Origin: an uncultured Bacteroidales bacterium
GTDB taxonomy: Bacteria; Bacteroidota; Bacteroidia; Bacteroidales; Paludibacteraceae
Direction: 5' to 3'
Assembly: GCA_937896045.1 (NCBI GenBank)
Contig: CALBKY010000031.1
Span: 1-50,324 of the forward strand
Length of the DNA stretch: 50,324 nt
The notes below the pieces were generated by a model. It saw only the letters and a program-made list of their open reading frames with translations. It was not told the origin of the DNA and ran no database searches. Each line of letters begins with the position of its first letter. The stretch's first letter is position 1. Positions 1-6,979 of the stretch are shown piece after piece. Both the position numbers and the translations under genes were made by a program.

Positions 1-74
1 CCGGCGTTTCGTTGCGTTATAACCTCATTTTTATCAATCTCTGCCCGAACCTTGCATATATCATCAAAAACCGC

Positions 75-82
75 TACCTTTG
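75..82 (+). promoter_or_regulatory. Bacteroidota -7 promoter box TACCTTTG for queF-queC-queD
   Basis: Matches the TAnnTTTG -7 consensus. It lies 62 nt upstream of the queF ATG at 145. Confidence 0.5.
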
Positions 83-93
83 CACCTCCAAAA

Positions 94-136
94 CATGGGG
101 CTACTGTTTTTCCCCCATGCCACAACCCTAAAAAAC
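94..136 (+). promoter_or_regulatory. Candidate leader hairpin/pseudoknot upstream of queF
   Basis: 7-bp hairpin CATGGGG(94-100)/CCCCATG(113-119). Loop GTTTTT(106-111) is complementary to AAAAAC(131-136) in an A-rich tail that runs into the start codon. Confidence 0.3.
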
Positions 137-144
137 TGAAAACA

Positions 145-621
145 ATGCGTACTACAGATGAACTGCAAGGCGTCAGCCTGCTTGGCGCGAACCGTACCCA
201 GTACCCTACGGACTACGCCCCCGAGATGCTTGAGACATTTGTCAACAAGCACCCCGAAAACGAGTATCTCGTCACTTTCCATTGTCCCGAGTTCACCTCT
301 CTCTGCCCCAAAACAGGGCAGCCGGACTTTGCCACTATCATCATCTCCTACATCCCGCGCGAGCGCATGGTGGAGTCCAAGTCGTTGAAACTCTATCTGT
401 TCTCGTTCCGCAACCATGGTGATTTCCACGAGGACTGCATCAACATCATTCTCAACGACCTTGTCCGCCTCATGGACCCCAAGTACATCGAGGTTACGGG
501 TATCTTCACTCCCCGCGGCGGCATCAGTATCTACCCCTTTGCCAACTACGCGGATGCCGACCACCAAGCCCTCAAGCAGCAGCGTCTCTCCTCCCGCTTC
601 GCCGAGGTTATTAACCATTAA
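145..621 (+). CDS. queF: NADPH-dependent 7-cyano-7-deazaguanine (preQ0) reductase, type I QueF
   Basis: The translation has QueF hallmarks ([38 protein letters not shown]). I chose the ATG at 145 because the ORF-track extension from 52 reads through the promoter box. Confidence 0.9.
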   Translation: MRTTDELQGVSLLGANRTQYPTDYAPEMLETFVNKHPENEYLVTFHCPEFTSLCPKTGQPDFATIIISYIPRERMVESKSLKLYLFSFRNHGDFHEDCINIILNDLVRLMDPKYIEVTGIFTPRGGISIYPFANYADADHQALKQQRLSSRFAEVINH

Positions 622-634
622 CTATTACTTATTA
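610..634 (+). repeat. AT-rich multi-stop cassette ATTAACCATTAACTATTACTTATTA (copy 1)
   Basis: Overlaps the queF stop (ATT AAC CAT TAA = INH*) and ends 2 nt before the queC ATG. Related copies are at 1291-1318, 2136-2159, 23932-23958 and 23980-24012. Confidence 0.8.
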
Positions 635-636
635 CA

Positions 637-1302
637 ATGAAAGACAGCATCATCATCCTCTCCGGCGGCTTGGACTCCACCACCATGCTCTACGAATACA
701 AGGACGGCATCGCCCTCGCCCTCAGTTTCGACTATGGCAGCAACCACAACGCCCGCGAACTCCATTTCGCCCGCCTGCACTGCCAGCGTCTCGGTATCCT
801 GCACATTATCATACCGTTAGACTTCATTCATCAGTACTTCCGCAGTTCCCTCCTCGAGGGGGCTGACGCTATCCCCGAGGGCAACTATGACGACGACAAC
901 ATGCGTTCCACGGTCGTTCCTTTCCGCAACGGCATCATGCTGGCTATCGCTGCGGGCATGGCGGAGACACGCGGGCTGCGGCGTATCATGATGGCTAACC
1001 ACGCAGGCGACCATGCTATCTATCCCGACTGCCGCCGGTCCTTTGTGGACGCTATGAATCAGGCGATTATGGCGGGTACCTACGAGGGCATCACCCTCTT
1101 CACCCCTTATACCAACCTCACCAAGGCGGACATCGCCCGTCATGGCAAAGCCCTGGGTATCGACTACTCCGAGACATGGAGTTGCTACAAGGGCGGCGAA
1201 AAGCATTGTGGCAAATGCGGCACCTGCACCGAGCGCATCGAAGCCCTCCGTGAGGCAGGTATCATCGACACCACGGAATACGACTGCGATATTAACCATT
1301 AA
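637..1302 (+). CDS. queC: 7-cyano-7-deazaguanine synthase
   Basis: N-terminal PP-loop ILSGGLDSTT and C-terminal Zn cluster CYKGGEKHCGKCGTCTER, both typical of QueC. Confidence 0.93.
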   Translation: MKDSIIILSGGLDSTTMLYEYKDGIALALSFDYGSNHNARELHFARLHCQRLGILHIIIPLDFIHQYFRSSLLEGADAIPEGNYDDDNMRSTVVPFRNGIMLAIAAGMAETRGLRRIMMANHAGDHAIYPDCRRSFVDAMNQAIMAGTYEGITLFTPYTNLTKADIARHGKALGIDYSETWSCYKGGEKHCGKCGTCTERIEALREAGIIDTTEYDCDINH

Positions 1303-1318
1303 TTATTAACTATTACTT
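1291..1318 (+). repeat. AT-rich multi-stop cassette (copy 2)
   Basis: ATTAACCATTAATTATTAACTATTACTT. It again supplies the last codons INH* of queC and precedes the queD start. Confidence 0.8.
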
Positions 1319-1326
1319 CCCAAAAA

Positions 1327-1659
1327 GTGTATTATGTAGAAAAGCGTTTGGAGATTTCCGCTGCACACAATCTCCATCTCTCGTACGAGAGCAAATGCGA
1401 AGCCCTGCACGGGCACAACTGGGTTATCGTCGTCTATTGCAAGGCGCGCGAACTCAATCAGGACGGCATGGTTACGGATTTCACGCACATCAAACGGGTG
1501 GTCAAGGACACTTTCGACCACAAGTACATCAACGAGGTGTTGGATGTCAATCCGTCCGCCGAGAACATCGCCCGCTGGATATGCGACCACATCGAGAACT
1601 GCTACAAGGTCAGCGTCCACGAGTCCGAGAACAACTGTGCCATCTACGAACGCGACTAA
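1327..1659 (+). CDS. queD: 6-carboxy-5,6,7,8-tetrahydropterin synthase
   Basis: The motifs ISAAH...LHGHNW...DF and its position in the que cluster fit QueD/PTPS. GTG start at 1327; there is no in-frame ATG nearby. Confidence 0.88.
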   Translation: MYYVEKRLEISAAHNLHLSYESKCEALHGHNWVIVVYCKARELNQDGMVTDFTHIKRVVKDTFDHKYINEVLDVNPSAENIARWICDHIENCYKVSVHESENNCAIYERD

Positions 1660-1724
1660 TTCCATATAAATACAAAATCCGTATCAAAAGTCGCATGAAA
1701 GCCATTAGGGGGACTTTTCATTGA

Positions 1725-1753
1725 GCCCCTCCCTTGGAGGGGTTGGGGAGGTC
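1725..1753 (+). repeat. REP-like GC hairpin element, family A (CCCCTCC-N3-GGAGGGG plus TTGGGGAGG)
   Basis: Hairpin 1726-1732/1736-1742. The reverse complement matches 18034-18062 at 27 of 29 positions, and both differences are in the loop. Confidence 0.8.
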
Positions 1754-1782
1754 TTCGTGTCTTTGTCGAGTCAAGTGTATGA

Positions 1783-1870
1783 GATTAGTATGTGATTAGT
1801 ATGTGATTAGTATGTGATTAGTATGTGATTAGTATGTGATTCAGCAAGGGATAAGCAAGGGATAATTGAT
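1783..1870 (+). repeat. 11-bp-period tandem array: GATTAGTATGT x5, then (G)GATTCAGCAAG / GGATAAGCAAG / GGATAATTGAT in the same register
   Basis: Read directly: five perfect 11-mers at 1783-1837, then three AGCAAGGGATA-type units that keep the 11-bp phase. Confidence 0.9.
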
Positions 1871-1904
1871 GTTTGTCAAGAGTATAGGACTCCTTTTCGC
1901 TCGG

Positions 1905-1955
1905 GGACGCGGACGCCTCGTCCGCGGTTGTGAATGTGATGCGTCTCGCATCGTC
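1905..1955. repeat. Two REP-like GC hairpins, family B
   Basis: CGCGGACG(1908-1915)/CGTCCGCG(1919-1926) and GATGCG(1938-1943)/CGCATC(1947-1952), followed by GTCAA. Related to the elements at 2784-2804 and 11936-11956. Confidence 0.6.
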
Positions 1956-2109
1956 AAGGTATGGTGTCGGTGGTATATTGGTTACATCAAGAGAATATCA
2001 AATGACATGGCATCCATTGAAAATTAATGATTAATTCGTGGATAATTATATGTTTGTTTGTAGAGAGATTCGATGCCTCGCGTCATTATATTGTAGTATG
2101 ATGGATAAA

Positions 2110-2117
2110 TAGTTTTG
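2110..2117 (+). promoter_or_regulatory. -7 promoter box TAGTTTTG for queE
   Basis: TAnnTTTG match 50 nt upstream of the queE ATG. Confidence 0.5.
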
Positions 2118-2135
2118 CTGTGCAAATACTTTGAT

Positions 2136-2159
2136 ATTAACTATTAATTATTACTTATT
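2136..2159 (+). repeat. AT-rich multi-stop cassette (copy 3)
   Basis: ATTAACTATTAATTATTACTTATT, ending 8 nt before the queE ATG. Confidence 0.8.
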
Positions 2160-2167
2160 GCTTGTAA

Positions 2168-2758
2168 ATGTATCGGGTAAACGAAATCTTCTTCAGCCTC
2201 CAAGGCGAAGGCTATCACACAGGGCAAGCGGCAGTTTTTGTACGGTTCAGCGGTTGCAACCTGCGCTGTCCGTTTTGTGATACCGACTTCGGCACCTACT
2301 CCGAGATGACCGCTGCCGAAATCGTGGAGGAGGTACAACGCTTGAGCAACGACCCCCGCGTACTGATTATCCTCACGGGGGGCGAACCCTCCCTGCAAGT
2401 GGACGACACTCTTGTCGCTGCCCTCCGCACCACAGGCAAACGCCTTTGCATAGAGACCAACGGCACGCACCCGCTCCCTGCGGGCATTGACTGGATTACC
2501 TGCTCACCCAAAGAGGGCACCCGCGTCATCCTTCCCCGTGCCGACGAACTGAAAATCGTCTATCTTCCCCAAACCTCCTCCGCATCTTCCTGCACCCCAT
2601 CCCAAGACGTGGAGCATTGGGCAACGCAAGTCCCTGCCACCCATCTCTATCTCCAGCCCTGTTCCTGTCAAAACACCGCCGAGGTCATCGACTATATCCT
2701 CCGTCACCCTCACTGGCACCTCTCCCTCCAAACCCACAAGTATCTCAATATCCGATAA
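2168..2758 (+). CDS. queE: 7-carboxy-7-deazaguanine synthase (radical SAM)
   Basis: NEIFFSLQGEGYHTGQAAVFVRFSGCNLRCPFCDT carries the CxxxCxxC-type radical SAM cluster motif of QueE. Confidence 0.92.
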   Translation: MYRVNEIFFSLQGEGYHTGQAAVFVRFSGCNLRCPFCDTDFGTYSEMTAAEIVEEVQRLSNDPRVLIILTGGEPSLQVDDTLVAALRTTGKRLCIETNGTHPLPAGIDWITCSPKEGTRVILPRADELKIVYLPQTSSASSCTPSQDVEHWATQVPATHLYLQPCSCQNTAEVIDYILRHPHWHLSLQTHKYLNIR

Positions 2759-2783
2759 TACTTGAGAGGCAACGCTTTTGGGG

Positions 2784-2804
2784 GACGGCGCGGCTCGCGT
2801 CGTC
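2784..2804. repeat. REP-like GC hairpin, family B (possible queE terminator)
   Basis: GACGGCGCG(2784-2792)/CGCGTCGTC(2796-2804), preceded by CGCTTTTG as in the copy at 11929-11956. Confidence 0.6.
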
Positions 2805-2919
2805 AATATACAGACATTATCCGTTCACGCTGAACACAAAAAGCACACGTAACGAACACTTTTGCATAAGAAAAACCGTTTTTTCTTCGCACGGTGTTGT
2901 GTATATAAAATAAAAGGTT

Positions 2920-2927
2920 TACCTTTG
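2920..2927 (+). promoter_or_regulatory. -7 promoter box TACCTTTG for the 3006 gene
   Basis: TAnnTTTG match 79 nt upstream of the ATG at 3006. Confidence 0.5.
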
Positions 2928-3005
2928 CAAACGATATGGGTAAGGTACACCTGTATGGGGTAAAGACTTACCAAACTATTTAATTAACCACTAATTAACT
3001 ACGTT

Positions 3006-5210
3006 ATGAAAAAGATTTCTACTCTTTTACTGGCAGTCAGTGTTGCCGTAGCGGCTTCGGCTGTGCCGAGTCCGAAAATGACCAAGAAGGTTGTTTCTCT
3101 CCCAACAGAAACAGAGCGGGTTGTTAATCCTAACCACCAACTGCCCGAAAAGGCAGCATGGGCAAAGAAAGCACAACGCGATGCCAAACCGGCTCTTCTG
3201 CCCTCATACCAGAAAGCGGCAGACGATAAGAACCCTATCGGAACCGTCTCGTTCAACGACATCGTAGGCAAGAACCTGACCTACCAGGTCGCTTGGTACG
3301 ATGGCTACAATGCGTGGTACGTCATCTTTAGTGATGGGCAAGGGAATTATGCACAGAACTATATCACGTTGGGCATTGCCAACGGAGGCAAAGAACTGAA
3401 CGGTGTATACACCATAGATGATTGTGTGCCCAGTTGGACGGGTACCAACATCATCACAGAGGATATTGCACTGGAACGTGTGGTATTCGACTCCGTAAAT
3501 ATCAGTTTCATTCGCACAGACAAAGGACTTCAGATAGATGGCAAGTTCCATGTGGATAAAACAGGATATATCACGGTTTCATACTTCGAACTCTATCCCA
3601 AGGACACCGTAAACATCACGGTTCCGAATGCCCAACTCGACATCAACACGGTGGATTCTACATGGCAAGTCAAAGGTGCCACTGCGGATAAGAAGTACTT
3701 GGCTTCTGCACTTGCGTCAGGCATCAAGGTTGTCAGTTACTATGACGCGGAAGAACTGGACAAGGCAGAGACCTATGTGGCAACTATTGCCGGTACGGAT
3801 ACTACCTATCACAAAATCTTCGGCGATAAAGCAGCATTGAACGGCTCTGTTGAGGGGGACAACTACGTTATTGACCTTGGCATGATGGGCACCGACACCA
3901 TGTGGTACAATGTGCGCTTCACCTCACCGCTGCCCGAAATCAAGGACACCATAGATGTAGCAGCAAGCAACCTCAGCATTGACGCAGACCTTGCAGGGTT
4001 TATGGGTATCGTATTCATCGCCGCAAGCAATGCAGATTACGAACTGAGTATCATGCTCAAGTCGGCTACCGAACCCAATGGCACATACACCGTACAGGAC
4101 TTCCAAAGCAGTTTCTTGGCGCAGGGAGAAACGATTACCGGTTTTATCGGGGGCTCCATAGACATTGACTATGAGGCAAATACCCTCAAGGGCTATATGC
4201 TGGGCGACGATATGATTCGCTACAAGTTAGACCTCAAGTTCGAACTGCCTACGGCTAAAGACACCATACGTGTGGCTTACGACAAAGTGAAACCGTTGAA
4301 GTATGACGACGAAGCAATGGACTATTATATCTACCACTCTAATGCCCAATATGGTGTGCAGATAGACTTCTTGGGAGAACCGGAGAGCCCCGTGGGTACG
4401 TACTCGCTGCTTGAGGACGAGAACATCGACGACTACTATACCTTCGTAGAGAAATACGAGAATGGAGATACTATCTACCTTGAGACCTTGGATGCGGCTA
4501 TCGAAATCACTGCTACCGACATAGACACCGTATATGCTGTCAAGGCAATGATACTGAGCGAGGACAGTATGGCGTACGTATTCACATTCAATGCCACCTA
4601 CAAGTATGTAGAACCCATAGAGGGTGCTTTGGACTACGACACAAAGTCGGGCAACCTGTCCAAGACCTACACACAGAAAGACATAGTAATCTTTGCCGGC
4701 GACGATTATGACGAAGATGGTGTGATATACTTCCAGGCAGTGGCGTTAGACGACCTCCGTATGCTCAGCCTTGAGTTCAACACAAAAGACGCGGTTATCA
4801 ATGGAGATACCATGCCTGCCGCCGGTGTCTATCCGATAGACCTTACCTTGCAACCGGGTACCGTAACAGCATCGGAAGGTGTAGTGGAGGGATATATCTA
4901 CGGCTCCTACACGGGCTTGTTGGTGCAGGAAGAAGACGGAGGATTATCACTTAAAAGAGATGGCTTGTACTTCCTTGTATCGGGTACGGTAACAGTCTCC
5001 TACAACGACAGCAAGCAAATCAAGATAGAGGTGGCAGCCAAGAACTCCTATGGCTTGGATATCAACATCACGTATGATGCCTCCGCTACAGCAGTGGAGA
5101 ATGTGAATACAGACACTTTGGTTCCTGCCCAAAAGATTGTGCGCGATGGTACACTGTACATCATTCACAACGGTAAGACGTACACCGTTACGGGTAGAGA
5201 AGTAAAATAG
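3006..5210 (+). CDS. Secreted hypothetical protein (734 aa) with internal repeats and a C-terminal sorting-tag-like motif
   Basis: Signal peptide MKKISTLLLAVSVAVAASA. Recurring modules begin DTVNITV / DTIDVAA / DTIRVAY. The C-terminus is DGTLYIIHNGKTYTVTGREVK. I recognise no catalytic motif. Confidence 0.85.
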   Translation: MKKISTLLLAVSVAVAASAVPSPKMTKKVVSLPTETERVVNPNHQLPEKAAWAKKAQRDAKPALLPSYQKAADDKNPIGTVSFNDIVGKNLTYQVAWYDGYNAWYVIFSDGQGNYAQNYITLGIANGGKELNGVYTIDDCVPSWTGTNIITEDIALERVVFDSVNISFIRTDKGLQIDGKFHVDKTGYITVSYFELYPKDTVNITVPNAQLDINTVDSTWQVKGATADKKYLASALASGIKVVSYYDAEELDKAETYVATIAGTDTTYHKIFGDKAALNGSVEGDNYVIDLGMMGTDTMWYNVRFTSPLPEIKDTIDVAASNLSIDADLAGFMGIVFIAASNADYELSIMLKSATEPNGTYTVQDFQSSFLAQGETITGFIGGSIDIDYEANTLKGYMLGDDMIRYKLDLKFELPTAKDTIRVAYDKVKPLKYDDEAMDYYIYHSNAQYGVQIDFLGEPESPVGTYSLLEDENIDDYYTFVEKYENGDTIYLETLDAAIEITATDIDTVYAVKAMILSEDSMAYVFTFNATYKYVEPIEGALDYDTKSGNLSKTYTQKDIVIFAGDDYDEDGVIYFQAVALDDLRMLSLEFNTKDAVINGDTMPAAGVYPIDLTLQPGTVTASEGVVEGYIYGSYTGLLVQEEDGGLSLKRDGLYFLVSGTVTVSYNDSKQIKIEVAAKNSYGLDINITYDASATAVENVNTDTLVPAQKIVRDGTLYIIHNGKTYTVTGREVK

Positions 5211-5236
5211 TACAACAATCGTACAGATATGCAATG

Positions 5237-5270
5237 GAGACGTGCCCAAGAGGTGCGTCTCTGTTGTTTG
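5237..5270 (+). terminator. Hairpin terminator after the 3006 gene
   Basis: GAGACGTGC(5237-5245)/GTGCGTCTC(5253-5261) with two G-U pairs, followed by TGTTGTTTG. Confidence 0.55.
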
Positions 5271-5343
5271 TGACATTTTTTGTCATTATTGGTAATACAT
5301 TACCAACAAAAACGCCAAAAATGTTGTGCCTTTGCAGCATGAC

Positions 5344-5437
5344 ATGCCAAAACACCTCCGAGACCATTGACTACATCCACCGTCACCCTCAGTGGCACCT
5401 CTCCCTCCAAACCCACAAGTATCCCAATATCAGATAA
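5344..5437 (+). pseudogene. Orphan duplicate of the queE 3' end (last ~31 codons plus stop)
   Basis: 5344-5437 aligns with 2666-2758 at about 90% identity. It encodes ..QNTSETIDYIHRHPQWHLSLQTHKYPNIR*, versus queE ..QNTAEVIDYILRHPHWHLSLQTHKYLNIR*. The rest of queE is absent upstream of it. Confidence 0.85.
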
Positions 5438-5468
5438 TAGCCTTGCCGGAATTAGGCGTACTATATGC

Positions 5469-6176
5469 CTATTCTTTGCTGCCGTATTGGGCAATCAGTT
5501 CCTCCACCAACTGCGGCACACCCACAGTGGCTTTCTCTTGGATATGCTTCACGCGGTCACGGTATATGCCGAACTCAGGGTGCCCTGGGTCTATCACATA
5601 GATATCCGCATTAGCAGGTGCATACTCCAACAGGGAAGCCGCAGGATATACATTCAGCGACGTACCGACCACCACCATGATGTCTGCACCCGAGGCTATG
5701 TTGCATGCCACGGGAAAATACGGCACGCTCTCGCCAAAGAACACGATATACGGACGTAGCAGTGAGCCATCGGGATGACGGTCTCCGTAGTGCTGCTCCC
5801 AACCCTGTAGCGGCACCGTGGCGGTATCGTCATTCTCTGAACGCAACTTTGTGATTTCCCCATGCAGATGGACCACATCATGACTGCCTGCCCGCTCGTG
5901 CAGGTCATCGATATTTTGCGTTATCACCTGCGTGGTCGGGATAGCCTCTTGCAAACGGGCTATAGCATAGTGCGCGGCATTGGGCTGTGCCGCAAGCGCA
6001 TCTTTGCGACGGGCATTGTAGAAGTCCACGCACAACTGGGGATTACGCAACCACGCATCATGCGTACACACGTCCTCTATACGGTATTTCTCCCACAAGC
6101 CGTCTGCGTCACGAAATGTACCTAATCCGCTTTCTGCCGAAACACCGGCACCTGTAAATACAACGATATTCTTCAT
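5469..6176 (-). CDS. cobB: NAD-dependent protein deacylase (Sir2/CobB family)
   Basis: GAGVSAESGLGTFR, QNIDDLHERAG and HLHG motifs. I chose the start at MKNIVVF (6176), downstream of the -7 box. Confidence 0.88.
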   Translation of the reverse strand: MKNIVVFTGAGVSAESGLGTFRDADGLWEKYRIEDVCTHDAWLRNPQLCVDFYNARRKDALAAQPNAAHYAIARLQEAIPTTQVITQNIDDLHERAGSHDVVHLHGEITKLRSENDDTATVPLQGWEQHYGDRHPDGSLLRPYIVFFGESVPYFPVACNIASGADIMVVVGTSLNVYPAASLLEYAPANADIYVIDPGHPEFGIYRDRVKHIQEKATVGVPQLVEELIAQYGSKE

Positions 6177-6196
6177 ATTGGACTGATTTGTAGGCG

Positions 6197-6204
6197 CAAA
6201 GTTA
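6197..6204 (-). promoter_or_regulatory. -7 promoter box TAACTTTG for cobB
   Basis: The reverse complement of CAAAGTTA. It lies about 20 nt upstream of the cobB ATG. Confidence 0.5.
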
Positions 6205-6235
6205 CAAATTATTTTCTGTTGTGCAAAAAATATCG

Positions 6236-6243
6236 TATCTTTG
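6236..6243 (+). promoter_or_regulatory. -7 promoter box TATCTTTG for tsaB and the TPR gene
   Basis: TAnnTTTG match 28 nt upstream of the ATG at 6272. Confidence 0.5.
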
Positions 6244-6271
6244 CGGTTTGAAAAAGAAATCGGTAGCACGT

Positions 6272-6979
6272 ATGACTATTCTGAATATCGAGACCTCCAC
6301 CAATTGTTGCTCTGCCGCTATCACGGTAGAGGGTCAGGCTGTGGCTTGGCGTGAGAACTTGGAGAGTGCCAACCACGCTCGCGAACTGCCCGTATTCATC
6401 AGCGAATTGCTTGATGAGGCAAAGCAGAAGGGGTGGCATTTGGATGCGGTGGCGTTGTCGCAAGGTCCGGGCAGTTATACAGGGCTGCGCATAGGAGCCA
6501 GCACCGCCAAAGGGCTGTGCTACGGCTTGAATATACCCTTGATTCCGATAGACACACTGCAGGTGTTGTGCTATGCAGCCAAAGCGCAATGCGAAGAATT
6601 GAACAAAGTGGAGGATAGCGCATTATTCTGTCCTATGTTGGACGCACGCCGTATGGAAGTCTATACGGCATTCTATGCGCCACACACATTGGAGCGTACC
6701 GATGAAATCAAGGCAAAAGTGGTGGACGAACACTCGTTTGAAGCCGAATTGCAGGCGCACTCTGTCTATTTCTTCGGCAACGGAGCAGACAAGTGCAAAG
6801 GAGTGCTAACGTCAGAAAACGCACATTTCATCGATGCCGTTGTGCCACAAGCACGCTATATGGGTGCTCTCGCCGAAGCAGCCACACGGCAGTTGGACGT
6901 AAAGCAGATGGCATACTTCGAACCCTTCTACTTGAAAGACTTTATACCCGCTCCAAGCCACGTCAAAGGTCTGCAATAA
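6272..6979 (+). CDS. tsaB: tRNA t6A37 threonylcarbamoyltransferase complex dimerization subunit TsaB (YeaZ)
   Basis: ILNIETST...SQGPGSYTGLRIGASTAKGL is the TsaB/YeaZ signature. Confidence 0.88.
   Translation: MTILNIETSTNCCSAAITVEGQAVAWRENLESANHARELPVFISELLDEAKQKGWHLDAVALSQGPGSYTGLRIGASTAKGLCYGLNIPLIPIDTLQVLCYAAKAQCEELNKVEDSALFCPMLDARRMEVYTAFYAPHTLERTDEIKAKVVDEHSFEAELQAHSVYFFGNGADKCKGVLTSENAHFIDAVVPQARYMGALAEAATRQLDVKQMAYFEPFYLKDFIPAPSHVKGLQ

Noticed and set aside
52-144. N-terminal extension of queF from the ORF track ([13 protein letters not shown]...), and the similar [13 protein letters not shown] at 15761
   Set aside because: In both cases the TFAPP peptide is just the translation of the -7 promoter box region (TAnnTTTGCACC). 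The extension would place the promoter inside the gene, so I preferred the downstream ATGs at 145 and 15722.
1783-1870. Tandem arrays considered as CRISPR or as a minisatellite-encoded peptide
   Set aside because: The units are 11 bp with no spacers, so this is not CRISPR architecture. Eleven is not a multiple of three, and no ORF spans the arrays.
2759-5343. The 2.6-kb insert considered as a mobile element
   Set aside because: I found no transposase, integrase, terminal inverted repeats or short target-site duplication. The flanking repeat is a 93-bp diverged gene fragment, which fits homologous recombination better than transposition.
5234-5437. 67-aa ORF called in the track
   Set aside because: Only its last ~31 codons are meaningful, and they are a diverged copy of the queE C-terminus. 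The upstream part overlaps a terminator hairpin. I treated it as a gene fragment, not a functional gene.
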